From: Mobula hypostoma
Lineage: Eukaryota
Reading direction: 5' to 3'
NCBI RefSeq assembly: GCF_963921235.1
Contig: NC_086107.1
Coordinates: 102,364,001-102,428,000 of the forward strand
DNA length: 64,000 bases
Part shown: piece by piece, positions 41,101 through 52,696 of the stretch
Numbering within the stretch: the stretch's first letter is position 1
Layout: each line of letters opens with the position of its first letter
The notes under the pieces: model-generated
The model's input: the letters and a program-made list of their open reading frames with translations, nothing else
Database searches by the model: none
What the model was told of the DNA's origin: nothing
Translations under genes and position numbers: made by a program

Positions 41101-42116
41101 AAACATATTGTGAAATGCATTATGTCAAATCAACTTAGAGAGGCTTGTGCTGGGAAGCCCATAAGTGTAGCCACATTTCCAGTGCCAACATAACACGCCC
41201 ATGACTCACTAATCCTAACATGCACATCTTCGAAATGTGAGGGGAAACCAACACTGTCATCAGAAGAACGTACAAACTCCTTACAGAAAACAACAGGAAT
41301 TGAACCCTGATCTTACATCTGGTGTTGTGAAGTACTGTGATAACCACTATACTGCCGTGCCACAATCTGACAATCGTTCAGGTATTGCCTGTTTACAGAA
41401 TACAGGGCAAGTCCAATTAACTGATTACCAGTCTACTCTCAAAGTGATGCAGTGCTAAAATGAGGAGGCACTCACTAAGAACTTCTCACTCGTGCCACGG
41501 TAACGTAGTGGTTAGTACAACACTATCACAGCTCAGGATGTTCCGGAGTTCAGAGATTAATTCTGGCAACATCTGTAAGGAGTCTTCCCCGGGTGCTCCC
41601 CAGGTGTGCCGGTTTCCCTTCAGAGACCAAAGACATACTGGGTAGCTACACTGATGACTGCAAATTGTCCTGCGATCAGGTTAGAGTTAATCCGGTTTAT
41701 CAGGGGTTCCTGGAGTGGTACAGCTCGAAGCGTCAGAAGGGTATAAATAAAGGCGCCCTAAGATGACTTTTTTTTAAAAACAAGAGATTTATTAACTAAA
41801 TATAACATGGACAAACATAACTGGACAAGTTTAGAGTTTTATGGAAAGTCTTAAGAAGCAGAGAAGCAGAAAGACCTAGGGAAGCATTTTCAGAGATTGC
41901 TATTCCTCTCTGATTATTCCTTGCCATTTCTTTAGCATTTAGTCTGTTTTCTTTTTACAAGTTGCTAGCTCGACACTCAACCCAGCACGGATGGAAATTG
42001 TGCAAGGAGCCAGCTGGATTCGAACCCGCGACCATTTGCCTCGAAGTCTGTCTTCTCCTATCACTTTGGATCTCCCGCTCCCCCTCCCCCCCCCACTTTC
42101 AAATCTTCTTTCAGTT

Positions 42117-42152
42117 AGTCCTGACGAAGGGTCTCGGCCCGAAACCTCGACT
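42117..42152 (+). ncRNA. Minimal hammerhead motif with a stem III substitution
   Basis: AGTC-CTGACGA-AGGGTCTCGGCCC-GAAA-CC-TC-GACT (CG->CC breaks the ACGT palindrome). Confidence 0.6.
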
Positions 42153-42205
42153 GTACCTCTTCCTGGCCTGCTGCGTTTACCAGCATTTTTTGTGTGTGTT
42201 GCCTG

Positions 42206-43030
42206 ATGCTGTGTGTTCTGAGTTGGTGAGGAAGGACAGGCAGGGGACAAAACATAAATGTAGCCAGTTAGAGGGGTTGAAATGTGTCTGTTTCAATGCT
42301 ATAAGTATTAGGAATAAAGGGGATGAACTTAAGCATGGATCAATACGTGGAACTACGATGTTGTGGCCGTTACCGAAACTTGGCTGGAGGAAGTGCAGGA
42401 GTGGCTGATGCAGGTACTGGGGTTTAGGTGTTTTAAAAGGAATAGGATGGGAGGTAGAAGGCAGGGGGGGGGTGGTGAGGAGTAGCATTACTGGTCAGGG
42501 ATAGCATCACGGCTATAGAAAGGGAGGACGCTGCAGAGGGAGTGTCCACTGAGTCGGTGTGGGTGGAAGTCAGAAATAGGAAGGGATCAATCACTGTGCT
42601 GGGAGTAGTCTATAGGCCCCCAACAGCCCTCGGGACACCGAGGAGCAGATAAGCAGGGAATGGTGCAGGAAATACAGCGTTGTAGTTATGGGTGTTTTCA
42701 ACTTCCCTCATATTAACGGGCACCTCCTGACTGCAAGGGGGATAGATGGGGCTGAGTTTGTCAGGTGTGTTCAAGAAGGATTCCTGACACAGTATGTGGA
42801 CCGGCCGACGAGAGGAGAAGCCATACTGGATCTAGTTCTGGGTAATGAACCTGGTCAGGTGGCAGACCTCTTGGTGGGGGAGCATTTTGGTGAGAGTGAC
42901 CACAACTCCCTTAGCTTCAGCACAGCTATGGAAAAGGATAAAAACAGACAAGTGAGAGTAAGAGTTTGGCACAGACTAGAAGGGCTGAGATGGCCTGTTT
43001 CCGTGCTGTAATTGTTATATGGTTATATGA
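42206..43030 (+). mobile_element. CR1 ORF2 endonuclease fragment joined directly to a CR1 3' tail
   Basis: LKCVCFNAISIRNKGDEL...FNFPHI...PTRGEAILDLVLGNEPGQV...GESDHNSL, then GTGAGAGTAAGAGTTTGGCACAGACTAGAAGGG...GTTATATGGTTATATG from ~42952. Confidence 0.8.
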
Positions 43031-43764
43031 TGCAACTACACCACTGGCCAGCATTTCCAGAGATCACGCTCACACAATTGAAGATACGCCCATCAATGTG
43101 CAAGGAGTCAGAATCAAAGGAAAACAGAGATTTTGGAGGCTTGTTGGAAGTAACAGAAATGGGGAGGGGTAAAGCTAGAAGGACTTGAGAATGAGGAAGA
43201 ACATTTATGAGACGTGACGGATTTCCAGACTAGGAGCCAAAAACAGGAGTATAGGACGTGGGACCTGGTACATTTTAGGGGCACCACAAGTTCCCTATGA
43301 TCTATTGAACATTTCTATTGTTTTCAAAAAAAGGGCTAGCTGGAGGAACTCAGCAGGTCCACACCCAAAATGTCCATTGTCCGTGTGAGGCCAAGCTAAA
43401 AGAACACCACCTCATATTCCACTTTGGTCGTCTAAAGTCCAAGATATAAACAATGAATTTGCTAATTTTAGGCCACCTACATCACCCAAGCTTCTTTCTC
43501 ACTCTTTTCAATCCATCCAGGTTTACTAATCCATTTTTCCCGAAACCATACACCCCAGCTCCCTGTTAGCTAGTTTTGTGCCCTCTCACACCTTCCTCCA
43601 CCTGCTTATCATCGACACTACTAACCAAATGATTCCAACTATCGCCTGCCAGCCTTTGCTTCAATTAGGCCTCCTCCTCACCTTCTATCATAAGCCATCC
43701 CTTTACATGTCGTTCTGATGCAGGATCTCAAACAGAAATTTTAGCCATCCTTCTGCTTCCATGG

Positions 43765-43976
43765 CTGGCTGGTGGCGTAGTGGCATCAGCGCCGGACTTC
43801 GGAGTGAAGGCTCCCAAGTTCGAATCGAGCCGGCTCCCTTGCACGCTTTCCATCCGTGCTGGGTTGAGCGTCGAGCTAGCAACTCTGCCTCGTAAAAATA
43901 AGAAAGCCTGCTAAAAAAACGCCGTCATGACAGTGTCCCGATGACTCCACTCAGAGTTCTTCTTCTTCTTCTTCTT
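43765..43976 (+). mobile_element. tRNA-derived SINE with (TTC)n tail
   Basis: A-box TGGCGTAGTGG (43773-83), B-box GTTCGAATC (43818-26), TSD CTTCCATGG; inserted into a Penelope remnant (~43340-44080). Relatives at ~41920-43055 (-), ~53130-53327 (-) and ~63271-63460 (+). Confidence 0.8.
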
Positions 43977-44163
43977 CTTCCATGGATGCTGCCTGACTCA
44001 CTGAATTTCTCCAACAATTTTTAAAAAAAATTTTTTTTCCTGTCCACTCAAGGTTTCAGCACCTGCAATCTCTTGTGTGTCCAACATGTCGACTAAGGTC
44101 CACTTAACTAATGGTCAGGGGAATTTTAAAAAAATTAATCACAAAAAAAAAATCAATACTCAC

Positions 44164-44243
44164 CCGAATGAAGAGATTTGCAGGGGCTGCCACAGAGCCA
44201 GTCTCTATTAAATATGTTTCCCAGTCAAAATTTTTCTCATAAC
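44164..44243 (-). CDS. L3MBTL2: L3MBTL2 coding exon (arm of MBT repeat 4)
   Basis: ttctag/gtgag, 80 nt, phase 1->0. (G)YEKNFDWETYLIETGSVAAPANLFIR, MBT 'FDWxxYL...AAP' motif. Confidence 0.92.
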
Positions 44244-45619
44244 CTAGAAACATAAAATGCAAAATGTTACCAGCAGCATCAAACATGGTTCAAATCAGAC
44301 ATGTGTACAAGGAGTGCATTAATAGATGTCATCACAAGAAGACACCTAGTAAATGACACCCATCCACCAATAAACCAAAAATTTTCCAAAGTTCCATTGA
44401 AAAAGCCAATGGGAGTGGAAGTAGGAATAGGAGTGACCATCAGCCATTTAACTCTAGTCTATATTCAATAAAATTACAACAATGTAAAATTTAAATTCTA
44501 ATTCACCTTACTTTCATATCCTTCAATATACCATGGGTGGTAAAACTCTATCACTTTCAATTGATTGGGCTACTGCTTAGTTTTTCATGTTATTATGACA
44601 TTTGTGAAATGTTTCTTAATTTTGAGTAACTTCCACAACCCTAACAATAAAAGTAAAATTTGTAACAACTTCTTTGAGATTCCTAAAATGCTGACTCGCC
44701 CTTTCATCCCTGCATATCAGGGATTACAAGACTAGCTTATGCAATTGCCACTCATGGTCAACCTCTGGAGCTACAGTAGCATTTTGATGATTCTGCACTG
44801 CAGTCCTTCCAAAATCAACATATTCCATCTAAGATGTAGTGCTCTGAACTCAATACGGTACTCCAGATGTGATCAAAATAGAACATTCCACAGATTAACA
44901 AAATATTCTTCCTTTACAAGCTAGCAGAGAAAACTAACAAAACATTCTAGTACAAGTTTTCATTATTACTTTTACCTGATCAAGTGATCTGTTAATAGGA
45001 GCCCTCAGTCCTTTGGTTTTGTGTCCCAACACTTGTTCATGAAGAAGAAAATCATTCTCAGGTACCTCTTTTGAGGTTTGAAATAGGTCCTCTTGCAGAC
45101 ATTTGTGATTAAACTCACCTACTGCAATTACATTCATTCTACCGGAATATTAACATAATTCTATGGTCCCATCCATACCACTTGGTCTCCCACCAATCAT
45201 TTTCAAATTTTGATATTGATTTGTTATCTAAGTTATTCATGAATATGGCGAATAACTACGAATCCAGCACTTACTCCTGTTGGGCACCAATATCATTTTT
45301 TCTATTTGAAGCAAACTACATGGAACCTTATTACATACCTTCTGAAAATCTACCTCGGTAACACACACAAAGTATTTCTCCTGCTTACTAATTTAGTTAC
45401 TGCCTCAAAAGATTTAATTAGTAGTCAACTACAGGACTTTACAAAATTGTGTAGGTTCCCCAAACTGGTAAAAGTCTAACTGTGCCTTTAAAATTTGCTA
45501 CTACTCCCTTCTACTCTCCTTCTTTTGCCATTTTGTTAAATAATAGCAACACTTGCTTTTTTAAGTTTAAAAGGATAATTCTCAAACTAAGTTCATTTTG
45601 GAAAATCATGGCTTAATTA

Positions 45620-46400
45620 CAGTGGATTTCAGTTCATTGGGAACCATTCCTGATGTGGACCGGTACATTTTGGTCCAATTAAGCAGCTACCCTAATTAGC
45701 CAAAGTTTCATGGAAATAGTTAGAAAAGGTATAAAAAGAAAAACTGAGTAACGAATTATGTATTTAAATGAAATACAGAACAAATTAGAACATACCAATA
45801 TTACCACAGCACTATAAAACTGTACTAGTTCCTAAGTGTTATAAGAAGCATTCATCCTGTGTACACAATGAACAAAATCAGCAGACACCTAGTGCAGATA
45901 ATAGAGTGCCTTCATACCATGCTATCAACAAATGCATCCACCAGATCTTCAATTTCAGTGCAACATTCAAGAGGATTTATCGATACCTTCAAATTCTTTG
46001 TAATCCCTAATTCGTTGAAGTAGTGAAATCATTTCATTTTCACTCCTGTCCTTTTCTGGCATTTCCAAGCCTGAATGCTTGAAACTCTAGTGAGCAAAGC
46101 AGCTCTGATTGTCTTACTGCTTATTTGTCATCAACAAGCACTGCTTTTTGAGCATAAACACACGCAACTGATGCTATTTAAAAACGGTTTGCTCTTGGCA
46201 CAGTATCGTGTCTAATGTCCACATAAGCAGGCACAACTGACGCTATTTAGAACCTGTTCAGCAAGTCTCCTGCCCCAATTAAACGGCATAGTGTCCCAAA
46301 TAAACAAAGGGAATCCCGGCTATTTTCCCAATTTATTTTTGTTCTTTAAGAGTTGTCCCAAATAAATGGCTTCCTCATTAACAGATGGCCCAAATAACCT
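45620..46400. mobile_element. Tigger/pogo-like non-autonomous DNA transposon remnant
   Basis: TA|CAGTGGATTTCAGTTCATTGGG left end; repeated CCCAA(T/A)TAA subterminal motifs at the right end, which appears truncated. Confidence 0.55.
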
Positions 46401-46929
46401 GTTATGAGGCAGCACAAAGTTAGAATGTTGGGGCTTCCAGAGTCATTCAAACACTCGAGTAAAATCTACACAGACATTCTAGTACAGTGCACAAGAATGT
46501 AGAACAAGAAATATGTGGGCAAGGTTCACCCAACTGAAGTGCCTAAGGCGAATCAAGAATAAACACGGTAGAATAGTGGTGCAGCCAGTAGAGTGGCTGC
46601 TTTGCATTTCCAGAAATCCCGACTCTGGTGCTGTTTTTGTGGAGATTGCATGTCCTTTCCATGACTGTTTCCAGTCTCCTTCCACATCTCAAAGGGTTTG
46701 CAGGTTAATTGTCTGCTGTAAACTGGCACTGGTGTGCTATTGTCCCCGAGTTCACGGGAAAGTGGGGAGAGTAGGATTAGTTTAAATGGGTTCTCGATGG
46801 ACTTCAAGGGGGTTAGGGTAATTATGGTTGAAGACATATTTCTGTATTCCATTTAATCATACTGTTTATTATACTGAATGCTTAATTTGGTAAGTTTAAA
46901 AACAAGCTTACAATCAAGTCCAATTGTTA

Positions 46930-47091
<162 letters not shown>

Positions 47092-49945
47092 CTATCATTC
47101 AATGGGACATGAAACAATCCATCACATCTGTTGCACTGGTCTAGAGGCAGATAACATAGCACAGCTCGCACTATTTGTTCTCTATTTAAATATCAAATCT
47201 TAGTAAAATTGAAGCCCAGGAACTTAAAAAGACTTTGAGTGCATTGGAAACCACTGTTTTTTAAAAAATAATACTTTTATAAGATTTGTATTATTAACAA
47301 GCTTGTGTATTTTTCACACTCACTGGCAGAAAGCAGTATAGCAGCTAAACCAACGGTTTAATTACCTTTCTTATTTTTTATTGGCTAAGTATTAGCACAT
47401 TACCCAAGTGATGTAATTAGTTTAAATATGTAGCCTATTAACCAATTTATCTCTAAGGAATTTTCTTTATCTTGTCTATTAAAGTAACAGATTTTTTAAG
47501 AAGTACCATCTTTATTTTCTTTAGTCCTTTGTCTTAGCATTAATTCCCCTCTTAGCTTTGTTTTTCAATTCTTTATTTATTTTGCTTAGTATTTATATAC
47601 TTACTGAAATTTTGGAATTAAGACTGCTGGTCATTTTGGACTCCTAGAAGAATCCCAAGGATTGGAAAATAAACAGATCTAATGGGGGGGGGGGAGGGTG
47701 TGTGTGTATGCACGTGCGTGCAGTGAGGAGATGTAAAATTTACAGGGAGACGAAAAGCAAAGAATGCTGGTAAATGCATTTAAAAGTCTGAAGGGTAGTG
47801 TGCAGTTGTGTCCCGATGAACTGACATCTCTTTTTTACTACATATGTGGTGCACAGGGTAAAAAATTCAAAGCTTACAGATAATATGAAAATCAAAATTG
47901 CAGCATTGAATATAAACCATAGCAACAGACTTCAGGGAGACAAAGAATAGCTTAAAAAAAATAAAATACAGGTGAATAAAAATTAATGCTGTTAGGTATA
48001 AAATGAAACAAAAGAATGAGAAGGCAAATATAAACCTAAATACTACAGGCTGAAATGGATGTGCAAGAACAGAAAGACCAGGTTATTTATCCACAAATCT
48101 TAAAAGTGACACGTCAAGTCAAGAAGGCTGTTGGTTTATAGGGTTATATTGTACAGAAGCAAGAGTGATTTGCCCTGGCTGAATTCTAGCACTTCAGGAA
48201 GTATGCCAGTACCTTTTTGCAGTAAAATAGCACAGATCAGGAAACAAATTTCAATCCCACTCCTGCTGTTGGAGAATTTAACAAGTATATCTAAAAGAGC
48301 TAACTATTATCACTAATTATTACCACAAATCTGCCCAATTGTTGTAAAAACCTGTTGCGTTCACTAATGCTCTGCAGGGAAAGGAAATCTGGCAACGTAA
48401 CCCAGCCTGGCTGATATGCAACTCCAAAGCCTTCACCACATCCCGCCTCCCCACCAACCTGGAAGTTCTGGTAAGGCAAGGGTTAGCATATCATCCAGGA
48501 GAAATTGCAGATATACTGTAGACAAGACAGGTTGTCGAAGAGCACAAGTTCCCTTCTTACAGCAGGTTACTAGAGCCATCTATTGAAGGATGCAAGGGGC
48601 ACACGTCCCAGCTAACAGTCAATTACTTTACTAACTTCAAAGTATCATTGTTTGTTAGCTGGTAGTTGCTATTGATTTCGGACACCTCTGTTGTGAATGC
48701 TGATTGATTCTTGCAAAATAAGGAATTCAAACATACAGAGTTTACCAAACGGTCAACATCCGTAACTGCTACTCAATTCTGTATAAAAATGTCAATTCTC
48801 TGTTCAGACTTCAGAGCGGTGTGGTGACGGGACCATGCTGTTTTCCTTTTGCACAAGTAAATAAAGTGCGTTTGAGGGATGAGAGAGCTTTCAGAGTCTA
48901 GTTAATCAGCGACGACACCCAGACTGCTGACTGAACTGCCTCGTTTGTTTGGCAGTGGGCAATTAATGCCAGCCTTGCCAGCAACACCCACATGGGTGAA
49001 CAAATAAATGGAGAGAGGGAAAAGGCAAGATTTATGAGAATGACACCAAGAATATGAGGCTTCATTTACATTGACAGCTCAAAAGTTGAGTTCTCAGAGC
49101 AGATTTTAACAGGACAAGATAAATGAAAAGCAGTACACAGCAGTTTCAGCACAACCAAGGATCACCAAGGGAAAATATTCAGGGCTCAGGAAAAGATGAC
49201 CATGGGGATTATTAAGTAGCTCTTTCAAAGAGCTGGTACACACACAGTGGGCTGAACAGCCTCCTTTTGTACTTTCCAATTTAAAAAGATAGAAGCTCTA
49301 TCTTTGGTTCCTTTCACTTTGTTTCATCACCACTAACAATCTCTGTAGCCACAATCTGAGCCTTCACAATTTCATTCTGGTTGAAACCAAATTTCTAACC
49401 CCTAACCTTCTTCCCTCACCATAGAACAGCTAATGCTCCCTCCACAGTGCCACAATTGTGCCCTGTGCTAGCAAGATGAGCCTATAGAGTCATAAGGCTA
49501 AAAACGAGGTTGTAGACCTAATGATGTTAGAGGCACAAAGAGAGAATGCAATATGAGAATCCACATTTTGTCTGACTGTGGGCCAGCTTAGACGAGTGAA
49601 CAATGATGTAATGATTGGCCACAAAAAAAAACAATAGAATAGTTGAGCCTGTAGCTCAACCCCCTGAATCAGCTGGTCCGATTCTGATCTCTCGCTCGCT
49701 CCCAATTTCTGTTGTCATACCACTAGTGATTATGCCTTCAGTGATTCATCTTTAAATTTTGGTATTCCTTGCCCAGCAGTGTGTCAGACAGAACACCTTT
49801 ACTCTGAATTGCCAGAGAGAGCCCTATATAACATACTAGAGACAATTCTAAACAGTGTTTTATCATCACGTCCACCCACGAACAACTAAAAACTAAATAC
49901 CCTTACTCTTAATAATTTTAAATTCTCACAAAGATCAACAAAGGG

Positions 49946-50757
49946 AACCTCTACCAGTCTTACACAATGGCACCTAATGGCAACTTCTTTACTTGCATCT
50001 TTGGAAACAGCTCTATTTCCATCTTTAATATCTCTATTTTCCCCTTTCAGGGTTCTTTTGAAGACCCTGACCTGGAGTTACACACTGACCACGGTTCTTT
50101 GTGGGAATGGGACCTGCTCTCAGGGTTTCACGACTGGCCGTTATTCGATATGCCGAGGATGCGGCCTAAGAGCTTCGCTTGCCTTCGGGGGTCCGGGATC
50201 TCATGGCTCTGGAGATGGGCAGACCAAAGGTTGGTGCCTCTGCAGGAATCCGGTGTGTCGTGGGAGACGGAAGATCAAAAGCAGCGAGCTGGCTGCTGGC
50301 TTTATGCCCAGAGACCCGAGTTCTTTGGGCACAGAGCTTGGAAAAAGCGATGCAACGGACTTTTAACATTGTAAATCAGCGAGTTGTTTGTTATGTCTCC
50401 CCTCTCCCTGTAAAACAGAGACACCTTTCTCCCCTTGTTAGGGAGAGAGAGAGAGCCTGTGGTATGTCGAACACCGGGTGAATGAGTAGTCTTTAGGATA
50501 CTGCAAGTTTGTGTCTTTGCTAATGCTTTGCTGTACGCTTGAGTGCCCAGTGGGGGCGCCAATGCTTTTTTATTTTGCAGATGGGGAGGGGGATTGTTGC
50601 CTGGGAGGAGAGAGCTGGGGGGGCGGCTTTGGGGTTCTAACATTTAACTGTCATTCATTCTTTGGGACACTCTTCTGTTTTTGTGGATGGTTGCGAAGAA
50701 AAAGCATTTCAGGATGTATATTGTATACATTTCTCTGACATTGAATGTACCTTTGAA
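49946..50757 (+). mobile_element. Non-coding ~810-bp retroposon with a Rex1-like 3' tail
   Basis: TSD AACAAAGGG (49937-45, 50758-66); ends ...ATTGAATGTACCTTTGA; related copies at ~39540-40338 and, more distantly, ~16900-17635. Confidence 0.7.
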
Positions 50758-50864
50758 AACAAAGGGCACGAAAATGAAATTCAAGTACAGCCTGCTTAAA
50801 GATTCTACAGCGCTGGATTAAAAAGTTCAGGATCAGTTCTGAGTTTCCATACAGATGAATAGCA

Positions 50865-51505
50865 AGCAACACACATCAAAGTTCTGGTGAACGCAGCAGG
50901 CCAGGCAGCATCTCTAGGAAGAGGTACAGTCGACGTTTCAGGCCGAGACCCTTCGTCAGGACTAACTGAAGGAAGCGTTAGTAAGAGATTTGAAAGTGGG
51001 AGGGGGAGGGGGAGATCCAAAATGATAGGAGAAGACAGGAGGGGGAGGGATGGAGCCAAGAGCTGGACAGGTGATATGAGAGGATCATGGGATAGGAGGT
51101 CCGGGGAGAAAGACCGGGGGGGGGGGGGGAACCCAGAGAATGGGCAAGGGGTATAGTCAGAGGGACAGAGGGAGAAAAAAGGAGAGTGAGAGAAAGAATG
51201 TGTGTATAAAAATAAATAATGGATGGGGTACAAGGGGGAGGTGGGGCATTAGCGAAAGTTAGAGAAGTCGATGTTCATGCCATCAGATTGGAGGCTACCC
51301 AGACGGAATATAAGGTGTTGTTCCTCCAACCTGAGTGTGGCTTCATCTTTACAGTAGAGGAGGCTATGCATAGACATGTCAGAATGGGAATGGGATGTGG
51401 AATTAAAATGTGTGGCCACTGGGAGATCCTGCTTTCTCTGGCGGACAGAGCGTAGGTGTTCAGCAAAGTGGTCTCCCAGCCTGCGTCGGGTCTCGCCAAT
51501 ATATA
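50865..51505 (-). mobile_element. Penelope-like element 3' fragment (GIY-YIG endonuclease C-part plus pseudo-LTR with hammerhead motif)
   Basis: IYIGETRRRLGDHFAEHLRSVRQRKQDLPVATHFNSTSHSHSDMS...LEEQHLIFRLGSLQSDGMNIDFSNFR* (51249-51512), followed by a pyrimidine-rich UTR and the ribozyme motif. Confidence 0.88.
50928..50963 (-). ncRNA. Minimal type-I hammerhead ribozyme motif (Penelope-associated), core intact
   Basis: Minus strand AGTC-CTGACGA-AGGGTCTCGGCCT-GAAA-CG-TC-GACT: stem I AGTC/GACT, CUGANGA core, short stem II, GAAA, palindromic ACGT stem III, GUC cleavage triplet. Confidence 0.75.
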
Positions 51506-51860
51506 TTTCCAATGTGCTTCAGACCATTCAGCCTAGCTTTCGATCAAGGCCGATTTATTTTCCCTCTCAATCCTATTCTCACGCCTTCTCCCCATTGCCT
51601 TCAACAGCTTTATTAATCAATAATCTATCAAACTCCACTTTAAATATTACCAATGACTTGGCCTCCACGGCCATTTTAGGTCTATCTTTAACATGAGGAA
51701 GTGTGCAGATGCTGGAAATTTAAAGCAACACTTACACAAAAATGCTCATCTTTAATTTGCTTTCATTAGCAGCTTACAATAAACCAGTTCTATCCTAACT
51801 GCAACCTATCAGCCACTTACTCCAAGGAAGTAATGCCCAACTGCAAGACTGACAGGGAAG

Positions 51861-52696
51861 TGTGACGAAAAACCAAGTTATCAGAAGATTGATGCTAATG
51901 AGGGAGATAAGTGAGACAATGGAGAAACATTCAAAATGCTAATAAGAGAGAAGAGAGAGATTAACGAGAAAGAAACACATTTCAGAATATTGACAGACCG
52001 ATTGCTTTGAACCTGAACTGTTTGAAGTTTGATGGACAGGCGATACTCCAGCAGGGGGATAAAAAGAACAGGTTTGCTAAGGCACGACACACACCATGAG
52101 ATCACGAGTTAACGAGACCCTGGAAGAGCGGTGTACCCCCACAAGTTGGTGGGAGTTGGAGGTCTGGTTCGAGGGAACCGACCATAGACTGACAGGGTGA
52201 AAAGGAACGATCAGCGGGAACCTGGTGTGTGTGTCTGCCCTTGCCTGGGTGCCGGGTTCACCGCGGAAGAACGGTCGTTATCCGGAACGGAGAGGTCACA
52301 ATCGGTGACCACAGAAGACATAAAAGGGTTCGCCGGAAAGCTAACTGCGAAGAACATCAAAGGTCTGTTTGAATCAAAATTTGCATTCTCTCTCTCTGTC
52401 TCTCCAACGGCACAACAGCGATCACTGCGAACTGTACTCAGCTGAACTGAACTCTGCGTCACTTAAGACTGATCGTTTTACCCCTAGACTGCGATAGAGC
52501 TTAGTTGATTCCTGTTATCCTAGTTCTGTGTACACGTGTGTATTAACATTGCTAACCTGTTGCATTTACATCCTTACGATTAGAGTACTGTGTTACTTAT
52601 TTCTTTAATACAACTTTATTAGTTTCTGTTAAACCAGACTCCAACTAAGTGGTCCATTTCTGCTGGTTTGGCAACCCAGTTATGGGGTACGTAACA
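51861..52696 (+). mobile_element. Solo LTR related to the Gmr1-like LTRs
   Basis: TGTGACG...GGGTACGTAACA; 4-bp TSD GAAG on both sides; extensive similarity to 18443-19315. Confidence 0.92.

Noticed and set aside
43765..43840. tRNA gene
   Set aside because: A and B boxes belong to a SINE head followed by core, tail and TSD; no complete cloverleaf was evident.
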